From positions 27,221 to 91,220 of the forward strand of contig JAQBNS010000034.1 of NCBI GenBank assembly GCA_028288405.1: a DNA stretch of 64,000 nt, in the 5' to 3' direction. Positions 26,692 to 34,439 of the stretch are shown one piece after another. The DNA comes from Chitinophagaceae bacterium (GTDB lineage Bacteria > Bacteroidota > Bacteroidia > Cytophagales > Cytophagaceae). The position numbers and the translations under genes were made by a program. A model generated the notes under the pieces. That model saw only the letters and a list, made by a program, of their open reading frames with translations, was not told the DNA's origin and searched no databases. The first letter of the stretch is position 1; each line of letters opens with the position of its first letter.

Positions 26692-28284
26692 ATGTACAAC
26701 ATTGAAGAATTAGACCTCAAGCTACTTTCAGAATTACGAGAAATTGCCGAAAAACTAGAAGTTCCCAACTTCAAAAAACTCCAAAAAGGAGAGCTTATTT
26801 ACAAAATTTTAGACCATCAAGCACTTATGCCAGAAAAGGCCCCCAAACCCACTGAGAGCAAATCTACTTTTAAACGTGCAAACGTTGTTGCCCCTACCGA
26901 AGAAGGCGCAGAGCCGGAAGAGAAAACAGATTTGAAAAAACGTACACGCATGAAACGCGAAAACGTTAAAGATTTACCTGCCGAAACTTTTGCATCCCCT
27001 TCGCAGGACACATTTGAAACTCCAAGCTACGAATCAACTCCCAAACATATTATTTCTGACGAGCCTATTGCTGCGCCGATCAGAGAAACAAGCTTTGAAC
27101 AAGCACGCGAGGAAAGAGAAGGTTTCAAACCTAGAAAACCAAATTTAAATGTAAAGGAATTCGACGGTTTGATTGAAAATACCGGTGTATTGGAAATGAT
27201 GCAGGAAGGCTATGGCTTTCTCCGCTCAGCCGATTACAACTACCTGGCTAGTCCGGACGATATTTACGTTTCGCCTTCACAGGTAAAACTATTCGGTTTA
27301 AAAACGGGTGATACGATTCATGGACACGTTCGTCCTCCGAAAGAAGGTGAAAAATATTTCGCGCTCTTGAAAGTGGAATCAGTAAACGGTAAAACAACCG
27401 ATGAAATCAGAGACCGTATTCCGTTTGAATTTTTAACTCCTTTATTCCCGGACGAAAAATTACACCTGAGCAGCAAACGCGGTGCACCGAACAACATTTC
27501 TACCCGCGTATTGGATTTGTTCGCTCCGATTGGCAAAGGACAAAGAGGTATGATTGTTTCACCACCTAAAAGTGGTAAGACCGTTCTCCTGAAAGAAATT
27601 GCCAATGCCATTGCAGAAAACCATCCGGAAGTTTACCTGATCATCTTGTTGATCGACGAACGTCCGGAAGAAGTAACGGATATGGCAAGAAGCGTGAGAG
27701 GAGAAGTGATTTCTTCTACGTTCGATGAACAAGCTGACCGTCACGTAAAAATCTCCAACATCGTTTTAGAAAAAGCAAAGAGAATGGTAGAGTGTGGTCA
27801 CGATGTAGTGATCCTGTTAGACTCGATCACTCGTCTGGCCAGAGCATACAATACCGTAGTTCCTTCTTCCGGTAAAATATTATCAGGTGGTGTGGATGCT
27901 AACGCCTTACACAGACCGAAGCGTTTCTTCGGAGCAGCACGTAACGTAGAGAACGGTGGTTCATTAACCATCATCGCTACTGCGCTGATTGAAACAGGTT
28001 CTAAAATGGACGAAGTAATCTTTGAAGAATTCAAAGGTACGGGTAACATGGAACTTCAACTGGACAGAAAACTAGCCAACAAACGTGTTTACCCTGCTAT
28101 CGATGTTCCGGCATCCGGTACGCGTCGTGAAGACTTGTTGATGGACAAAGACGAATTGTCTCGTGTGTGGATCCTTCGTAAGTACATGTCTGACATGAAC
28201 TCTATCGAAGCCATGGAATTCCTGATCGACAGAATGGCGAAGACAAAAGACAACAACGAGTTCTTGATCTCGATGAATGGATAA
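26692..28284 (+). CDS. rho: transcription termination factor Rho with a disordered N-terminal insertion
   Basis: Rho N-terminal helix bundle. About 110 aa low-complexity insertion. Then the CSD-like domain, Walker A PPKSGKT and the RecA-type core. Confidence 0.95.
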   Translation: MYNIEELDLKLLSELREIAEKLEVPNFKKLQKGELIYKILDHQALMPEKAPKPTESKSTFKRANVVAPTEEGAEPEEKTDLKKRTRMKRENVKDLPAETFASPSQDTFETPSYESTPKHIISDEPIAAPIRETSFEQAREEREGFKPRKPNLNVKEFDGLIENTGVLEMMQEGYGFLRSADYNYLASPDDIYVSPSQVKLFGLKTGDTIHGHVRPPKEGEKYFALLKVESVNGKTTDEIRDRIPFEFLTPLFPDEKLHLSSKRGAPNNISTRVLDLFAPIGKGQRGMIVSPPKSGKTVLLKEIANAIAENHPEVYLIILLIDERPEEVTDMARSVRGEVISSTFDEQADRHVKISNIVLEKAKRMVECGHDVVILLDSITRLARAYNTVVPSSGKILSGGVDANALHRPKRFFGAARNVENGGSLTIIATALIETGSKMDEVIFEEFKGTGNMELQLDRKLANKRVYPAIDVPASGTRREDLLMDKDELSRVWILRKYMSDMNSIEAMEFLIDRMAKTKDNNEFLISMNG

Positions 28285-28286
28285 TT

Positions 28287-28415
28287 GAAGGTACGAGCTA
28301 GGAGGTACGAAAAGTCCTCATTTCCTTTTCTGATATAATAAAAAAGCCCCGTCAAATGACAGGGCTTTTTTATTTATAATGATGATTGGAATTATTTAGT
28401 CCTAGCTCGTACCTT
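28287..28415. repeat. R1 repeat arms enclosing the rho terminator
   Basis: aaggtacgagctagga (28288-28303) is perfectly complementary to tcctagctcgtacctt (28400-28415). The right arm overlaps the stop codon of the convergent FKBP gene. Confidence 0.7.
28341..28372. terminator. bidirectional intrinsic terminator
   Basis: aaaaaagccccgtc-aaat-gacagggctttttt. Confidence 0.8.
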
Positions 28416-28845
28416 ATTTTATACTTATCAGCTCCACCTCAAACATCAGCTCCGCATTCGGCGGAATGATGTACTGACCCGGATTCTCTTCGTCCGGAAC
28501 ACCGTGTGAACCGTAGGCAAGATTGGCTGGTATAAATAAAATTCCTTTCTCTCCTACATGCATCAACAGAAATCCTTCGTCCCATCCCGGAATGACTTCC
28601 CGGTTTCCGATCTTAAATTGAAAAGGACCCGATGGACCTTTCAGCGTCGTATCAAATACTTTTCCGTTGGGTAATTTGCCGGTATAATTGACTTTAACCT
28701 TTTGTCCTTTTACCGGTTGAGCTCCTGTGCCTTTTTTGAGTACGACATACTTCAAACCAGACGCTGTCTTCAATGTGTCGTACTGTGCCTGAGCCCAGCC
28801 GATCGAAAAGGTAGTCAGCAATAAAAAGAAGAAAAGCTTGTTCAT
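28414..28845 (-). CDS. FKBP-type peptidyl-prolyl cis-trans isomerase (short, secreted)
   Basis: Signal peptide. FKBP core motifs (V.VNYTGKL.NGKVFD, F.IG...VI.GWDEG, IP..LAYG). Confidence 0.9.
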   Translation of the reverse strand: MNKLFFFLLLTTFSIGWAQAQYDTLKTASGLKYVVLKKGTGAQPVKGQKVKVNYTGKLPNGKVFDTTLKGPSGPFQFKIGNREVIPGWDEGFLLMHVGEKGILFIPANLAYGSHGVPDEENPGQYIIPPNAELMFEVELISIK

Positions 28846-28850
28846 CGTTT

Positions 28851-29708
28851 TTATTTTACGCCCAATAACTCTACGTCAAAAATCAAAATGCTATTTGGAG
28901 GGATAGAACCGCCGGCACCTCTCGTACCATAACCTAAGGCAGAAGGAATAAGCAAGATTCCTTTTTCTCCTACACTCATCAAAGCAATTCCTTCATCCCA
29001 TCCTTTGATCACCTGACCTTGACCCAAGGCAAAATCAAACGGTGCGTTTCTGTCTACCGAACTGTCGAACTTGGTACCGTTCAATAATTTTCCGGTATAG
29101 TGTACCGTTACAGATTTACCTGCTTCCGCTCTTGCACCTGTGCCCGGTTGCGTTTGGACATAGTATAAACCTGAAGGCTGTTTTACACCTTTCAAATTAT
29201 TTTTCGTCATGTAATCCTGAATGGTTTTGTCTTCTTTGCCGACCAATTCTGATTCTTCTTTCTTCACCAATTCTTCGTATTCCGTTTTGGTGTAGACCCC
29301 TTCCATTTTAACGATGAACCTGAAATTGCTTCCTTTTTTAATGAACTCCGGCATTGGCGCACGAATTGCTTTTTCAAACATGGAATCAGCACTCAGCAAA
29401 AATGCGGCACTGTCACCGACAGACATCAGTAGAAATGCTTCTTCCAGACTGCCTTTGTAAGCAGACTTTTGAGCGTATGCTGTGATAGCACCGGATTCTT
29501 TCCATGTATCTCTCAGCAAAGAATCTGTAGACGTATACATTTGGAAATTTACTTTGATCACATTATCAGGCATAGCATTCGTTCCTTTTACATCTTTAAA
29601 GAAATGGTATTGCAAGCCTGTTTCCGGAACCTTCTTGAATTGTTTTGCCGTCTGAGCCATAGCCATAAAAGGCATACAAAGCACCAGGAGAATAAAAAGT
29701 GTTTTCAT
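28851..29708 (-). CDS. FKBP-type peptidyl-prolyl isomerase with N-terminal domain
   Basis: Signal peptide. C-terminal FKBP domain (VTVHYTGKLLNGTKFDSS, VIKGWDEG). Confidence 0.85.
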   Translation of the reverse strand: MKTLFILLVLCMPFMAMAQTAKQFKKVPETGLQYHFFKDVKGTNAMPDNVIKVNFQMYTSTDSLLRDTWKESGAITAYAQKSAYKGSLEEAFLLMSVGDSAAFLLSADSMFEKAIRAPMPEFIKKGSNFRFIVKMEGVYTKTEYEELVKKEESELVGKEDKTIQDYMTKNNLKGVKQPSGLYYVQTQPGTGARAEAGKSVTVHYTGKLLNGTKFDSSVDRNAPFDFALGQGQVIKGWDEGIALMSVGEKGILLIPSALGYGTRGAGGSIPPNSILIFDVELLGVK

Positions 29709-29729
29709 AATAGCTGTATTGTTTTTTGT

Positions 29730-30605
29730 TTAGTCTAATACTTCGATTTCAAATACCAATATCGTGTTGGGAGCAATGCCACGGTTACCGCGTTCACCAT
29801 AAGCCAGCGGACTTGGTATATAAACCACTGCTTTTTCTCCTTTCTTCATTTGTAATAAGGCCTCTTCCCATCCTGGAATCACTTGTCCATAGCCTAATGC
29901 CAACGTGAAAGGATGTCCTTTTGAGTTTTCAATTTCCGTTCCATCCAAAAGCTTCAATACATAATTAACCTGTACAGAATCTCCTTTGATCAGATTGATA
30001 CCTTGCTTATTGACTTTTTTGAAATCAAGGTGTACGCCCTGAGGAGTTCTTTGAGTTTTGATATGGTTTTTAGCTAAGTAATCAGCAATGATCGTAGAAT
30101 CTGTTTTCATTTGAGTCATCGCCATTTCCATGCTTTGCTGATTTTGCATCTCCGCTTTCTTTCTCTCTTCTTCTACCTGCTTTTTACTGTACATTTTGCG
30201 CACCTTGATGGTAAAGTTCAACTGATCTTTAGGATCTACTTTATCCGGTACTTTGTCTCCGCCCATTGTCTTCAAGAAAAACGAATCGGCTTGTACAACG
30301 AAAACTGCACTGTCTCCTTCAGAAAGAACCTGGAATGCTTCGAAGATACATCCTTTGTAAGTCGGTTTGCTAATTGGCGAAGGAACAGGTTGTCCCGCTT
30401 CAAAAGAGCTAAATAAAGTAGAATCTTTTGAAGTCTTGATCAGGTAATCGAACATCACAAAACCTTCCAGTTCTCCGGTAGGACCTACCGAGTCTTTAAT
30501 GATTTTATACTTCAATCCAGAGGGTGTGCTTTTTTTAGAGTCACAAGAGTTCAGCATCCATGCTGCACAAAAAATGGTAAAAATAACTGCGGTGTTTTTT
30601 AACAT
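29730..30605 (-). CDS. FKBP-type peptidyl-prolyl isomerase lipoprotein (GldI-like architecture possible)
   Basis: Lipobox MLNSC. C-terminal FKBP domain (VQVNYVLKLLDGTEIE, VIPGWEEA). The GldI relationship is only architectural. Confidence 0.8.
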   Translation of the reverse strand: MLKNTAVIFTIFCAAWMLNSCDSKKSTPSGLKYKIIKDSVGPTGELEGFVMFDYLIKTSKDSTLFSSFEAGQPVPSPISKPTYKGCIFEAFQVLSEGDSAVFVVQADSFFLKTMGGDKVPDKVDPKDQLNFTIKVRKMYSKKQVEEERKKAEMQNQQSMEMAMTQMKTDSTIIADYLAKNHIKTQRTPQGVHLDFKKVNKQGINLIKGDSVQVNYVLKLLDGTEIENSKGHPFTLALGYGQVIPGWEEALLQMKKGEKAVVYIPSPLAYGERGNRGIAPNTILVFEIEVLD

Positions 30606-31636
30606 ACAAACTTTTCCTTTCTATAGTTTTCTAATAATTGTTCTTTATACGTAGGCAAAATATCCATTAATCTTTTTACTGTTTCTGAAAAACCAACATC
30701 TGAAATACCGCCGGCTGCATTGCGATGTCCTCCTCCGTTGAAATGCCTGCGGGCAAATTCACTCACTGAAAATTCTCCTTTGGAACGGAATGATACTTTT
30801 ACACCATCTTCCCGTTCGATGAGCAAGATTGCTAATACAATGCCTTCCATAGAAAGCGCATAGTTTACCAATCCTTCTGTATCTCCTGTCTGAGAGTGAA
30901 AACGCTCCAGATCCTTTGCTGAAATAGTGAAGAAAGCAGTATAGTATTCATTCAATACATACAATCTTTCCGACAAGGCATAACCTAAGAATCTTAATCT
31001 TTCTTCTGTGCTCGTATCAAAGATCAAACGGTGTATCCTGGCATTATCCAGGTTAAACAACATCAGATCTGCAACGATCAGGTGTACTCTGCGGTCAGCG
31101 GAAGGGTATCGGAAAGATCCGGTATCCGTCATGATTCCGGCATAAATACATTCTGCAATGTAGATGTCGAGAAAAGCTTTGTCGCCCAGGCCGACTATCA
31201 AATCGTAGATCAAAACGGCTGTAGCGGCTGCTTTCGTATCTGAAAAAACAAGATCTGCAAAATTTTCCGGAGCCAGGTGATGATCAATGAGCACTTTTTT
31301 GGCGGAGGCATTTTTTACCAGTTCTCCTAAAGTGCCGATTCTAGCCAAGGCATTAAAATCAAGACAACAAATCACATCGGCTTCTTTGATCAATTCTTCA
31401 GATGCCGCCTCTGTCTTGTCTCCGAATACAATCACATCGTCGTTGCCCTGCATCCATTCCAAAAATTGTGGATAATCAGTAGGGGTAATGACTGTAGCGG
31501 TATGCCCCTTCTTGATCAAATAGCGACACCACGCCAAAGATGAGCCCAGTGCATCCGCATCGGGCTTTTGGTGAGTAGTGATAATTATTTTTTTGGGAGT
31601 AGCCAATAACTGGCCAAGCTCGGACAAATCCTGCAT
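30599..31636 (-). CDS. nrnA: DHH-family phosphoesterase (NrnA-like oligoribonuclease / pAp phosphatase)
   Basis: HQKPDADALGS, DHH (LIDHH) and DHHA1 GGGHRNAAGG motifs. Confidence 0.75.
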   Translation of the reverse strand: MQDLSELGQLLATPKKIIITTHQKPDADALGSSLAWCRYLIKKGHTATVITPTDYPQFLEWMQGNDDVIVFGDKTEAASEELIKEADVICCLDFNALARIGTLGELVKNASAKKVLIDHHLAPENFADLVFSDTKAAATAVLIYDLIVGLGDKAFLDIYIAECIYAGIMTDTGSFRYPSADRRVHLIVADLMLFNLDNARIHRLIFDTSTEERLRFLGYALSERLYVLNEYYTAFFTISAKDLERFHSQTGDTEGLVNYALSMEGIVLAILLIEREDGVKVSFRSKGEFSVSEFARRHFNGGGHRNAAGGISDVGFSETVKRLMDILPTYKEQLLENYRKEKFVC

Positions 31637-31772
31637 GCTGCCTGATAATTAATACAATAACGGATGTTTCAAAATGGCATTGTGGCTTGGCCAGATTGTT
31701 TTATGACCGTTTCGAACTCAATTTATGAATATAATTCTGAAATCTTTTTAATTTGCTACAAAATTAGAAAAA

Positions 31773-32198
31773 ATGACAGGAACATTAACCTTTACAATGA
31801 TCAAGCCCGATGCTGTTGCAAATGGCAATTCAGGAGCCATCCTGAAACAAATTGAAGAAGCGGGATTCGAAATCGTGGCGCTAAAAATGACTCGCTTGTC
31901 TGATGTGTATGCTTCGCAATTTTATGAAATCCATGCGGACAGACCTTTTTACAAGATGCTTGTAGATTTTATGTCTTCAGGAAAAATTATTGCAGCTGTT
32001 TTAAAGAAAAACAATGCAGTTGCTGACTTCCGTACTTTAATTGGAAGCACCAATCCTGAAAATGCAGATGCCGGTACAATTCGTAAGCTGTATGCCAAAT
32101 CTTTGGAATACAATGCGATTCACGGTTCTGACTCCGATGAAAATGCATTGATCGAAGCAGGGTTTTTCTTCTCTAATTTCGAAAGATTTAGTAAGTAA
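31773..32198 (+). CDS. ndk: nucleoside-diphosphate kinase
   Basis: [10 protein letters not shown], active-site region NAIHGSDS. Confidence 0.95.
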   Translation: MTGTLTFTMIKPDAVANGNSGAILKQIEEAGFEIVALKMTRLSDVYASQFYEIHADRPFYKMLVDFMSSGKIIAAVLKKNNAVADFRTLIGSTNPENADAGTIRKLYAKSLEYNAIHGSDSDENALIEAGFFFSNFERFSK

Positions 32199-32218
32199 TC
32201 ACCAGTGGTTAGTTGTAG

Positions 32219-32572
32219 TCATCCGCTCCTCCTTCGGCTAACCACTTTAAATTTTTTTTCAAACCCCGATACACCTTCGGCTTCTCTCGCTTCGATCTCA
32301 TAACGGTTGTTCCGATACCCATTTCGAAGGCTCTCCCAGCCGTATTTTGCTAAAAACAAGAACTTGCCATGCTGTCGGTATTGCTGAACATGCCTGAGTT
32401 CATGCCTTAGCCAGGTGATCGTTGCAAGCAGTTCGACTTCCTTTGTTCCGTGCAAATGAATAGTGTTGCCTATAACAATGGCGACCTTTTGTCCCTTTAG
32501 AAAAAAAGCCGCTGCACGGGCAATCAACGTTTGTTCACGTATGTGAAATTCTATTTCCTCTGCATGATCCAT
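32219..32572 (-). CDS. small DUF4157-like putative zinc metallopeptidase (HExxH)
   Basis: Start MDHAEEIEF at 32572. HELRH motif in the context LRHELRHVQQYR, typical of DUF4157. The 32573-32734 extension overlaps the upstream gene and is probably not coding. Confidence 0.55.
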   Translation of the reverse strand: MDHAEEIEFHIREQTLIARAAAFFLKGQKVAIVIGNTIHLHGTKEVELLATITWLRHELRHVQQYRQHGKFLFLAKYGWESLRNGYRNNRYEIEAREAEGVSGFEKKFKVVSRRRSG

Positions 32573-33591
32573 TTTGATAATTGGGGAGGAAGTAAATTGA
32601 ATAAACGGACAACAATGAATAATGTCAGAAGCGCGCAGACAGGCCTGTACAAAAAGACTACATAACCATTGGCACCTAATGTCATCATCAATAAACTGTC
32701 TTCGATGATGCTGTGACAAATTCCCATTAAACAAAAAGCGTAAAATACATCTTTCGATGCCAGGTTATGTTTACGTGTTTCTTCGATCATCAAAGCACCG
32801 CCATACAAAATACCCAGCGTCATACCCACCACTGTGATCGGAATGACCGACTCATGGATACCTAACCAACGCATGACCGGACGGAGAGACCGGCTAAAAG
32901 CGTCTATGAAACCGGAAGCTTTCAATACGCGCATCAAAGCCATCAAAGCAAAAACTACAAAGAAAACCAGGAGGTAACGCTGCACTTCATTCCATAGCCA
33001 CATCATCCATCCGTCATCCACATTTCCTGGTAAGGCCATCGCTTCAGGCAGTGCAACAGGTTCATTCAATAAATGAAAAGAAGAAAGCAAAAGATAAAGC
33101 ATCCAGGCGGATACAATGGCCATTACAAACCGCCAGGCAAACATGGAGAGTAAAGGAACGCCTGCTTTGCGCGCCACTGAAAGTTCTATCGGAAAAGTAT
33201 GTGCTACTAACATCAATTGCGCCAATACGGTAACCTGCGCCACACTCATGGTATGCCCCAGATCTAATGAATGAAAAGTAATCATTCCTCCATACATATT
33301 GGTGAGCAATGTGTTTACCCATACCATCGCCGCACCGGAAGGCAAGCCTAGTGCAAGAGCAAGAGGCGCAAACCAATTACCCAGTATATCGATGGCATTC
33401 GTTTGCTGTAGCAACCGCACACCAATACTTACCGGGATCATGATCTTTAATAGGTCCAGGTAGACGCGGAAGGCGTCTTTAACTAAAGCAGATAAAAAGG
33501 GATATACTTTGTCTTTCAAAAGAAATGAAGTGGTAAGTGGTAAGTGGTAAGTGGTAAGTAAAAATAAAGAATAATATTCTAAATAGTTCAC
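32551..33591 (-). CDS. nucleoside-recognition (Gate) domain membrane protein
   Basis: Multi-TM protein resembling nucleoside recognition / FeoB-gate domain proteins. Start uncertain: the GTG at 33591 reads through a heptamer repeat, and a TTG at 33519 (LKDKVYPFLS...) is a plausible true start. Confidence 0.6.
   Translation of the reverse strand: MNYLEYYSLFLLTTYHLPLTTSFLLKDKVYPFLSALVKDAFRVYLDLLKIMIPVSIGVRLLQQTNAIDILGNWFAPLALALGLPSGAAMVWVNTLLTNMYGGMITFHSLDLGHTMSVAQVTVLAQLMLVAHTFPIELSVARKAGVPLLSMFAWRFVMAIVSAWMLYLLLSSFHLLNEPVALPEAMALPGNVDDGWMMWLWNEVQRYLLVFFVVFALMALMRVLKASGFIDAFSRSLRPVMRWLGIHESVIPITVVGMTLGILYGGALMIEETRKHNLASKDVFYAFCLMGICHSIIEDSLLMMTLGANGYVVFLYRPVCALLTLFIVVRLFNLLPPQLSKWIMQRK
33530..33560. 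repeat. heptanucleotide tandem repeat GTGGTAA x4 (+3 nt)
   Basis: gtggtaa gtggtaa gtggtaa gtggtaa gta read directly. It is followed by further CTTAC/CTTAT-rich low complexity up to 33625. Confidence 0.85.
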
Positions 33592-33612
33592 TTACTACTT
33601 ATCACTTATTAC

Positions 33613-34419
33613 TTACAACTTATAGTGCTTCACTAATATATTCTCAAAAAACTTACCCCCTATCCAATGCTTCACAGCGACGGATAATTTTTGTTTGAAT
33701 TTGCCGGACATGTACCTTACTTTGGGCTCAGGCGTAGCCATTATTTTTTCAATGAGTAAAGCCACTTCCATCGGATCCGAAGAACTGCTTACATCTTCAT
33801 CGATCATTTTCTCCAGTGCGATCACACTTGATTTGTAAGCAGATTGTTCCGGGATACTTACTTGTCTGTGTTGTGCAATGCTGGTACTGTAGTCTCCCGG
33901 ATCAAGCACACAGGCCTTCACATTATAGGGTCTGAGTTCCATTCTCAGCGCTTCTGTGATCATCCCTAAGGAAGCTTTCGATGCGCTGTATATGCCTCTA
34001 TAAGGTAAACCCATGTATCCTGCTATACTTCCAATGTTGATGATGAGTCCCGATTTTTGTGCACGCATCGTTGGTAATACCGCTTGCATGGTGCGCAAAG
34101 GACCAAATACATTGGTTTCAAAAACTTTTAAACTGTCTTTGGGAATACTGTCTTCGACAGCACCCATCATTCCTATTCCCGCATTATTGATCAATACATC
34201 GATGCGTCCTTCTTTTCTCAACAACTCTTCGATACCCGATTTTACAGACTGATCATCCGTTACATCAATGGATAACAAAGGGAAGTCAAGCCCTTCCTGC
34301 GCTTTGCGGCTTGTACCATAAACCTTGAATCCTTTAGAAGTTAAATGTTGACAAATCGATTTACCGATTCCTGAACTTCCTCCTGTAACTAAAACTACTT
34401 TTTCCTGCCTGTATACCAT
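33613..34419 (-). CDS. SDR-family oxidoreductase
   Basis: TGGSSGIGKS cofactor motif, NNAG, catalytic YSASK. Confidence 0.9.
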   Translation of the reverse strand: MVYRQEKVVLVTGGSSGIGKSICQHLTSKGFKVYGTSRKAQEGLDFPLLSIDVTDDQSVKSGIEELLRKEGRIDVLINNAGIGMMGAVEDSIPKDSLKVFETNVFGPLRTMQAVLPTMRAQKSGLIINIGSIAGYMGLPYRGIYSASKASLGMITEALRMELRPYNVKACVLDPGDYSTSIAQHRQVSIPEQSAYKSSVIALEKMIDEDVSSSSDPMEVALLIEKIMATPEPKVRYMSGKFKQKLSVAVKHWIGGKFFENILVKHYKL

Positions 34420-34439
34420 TATGCTACTATATGTTTTGA

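Noticed and set aside
32573-32734. Longer 171 aa version of the DUF4157-like ORF
   Set aside because: The extra 54 codons lie inside the upstream membrane-protein gene in another frame and encode Cys/His/Gln-rich sequence. The internal ATG at 32572 fits homolog length.
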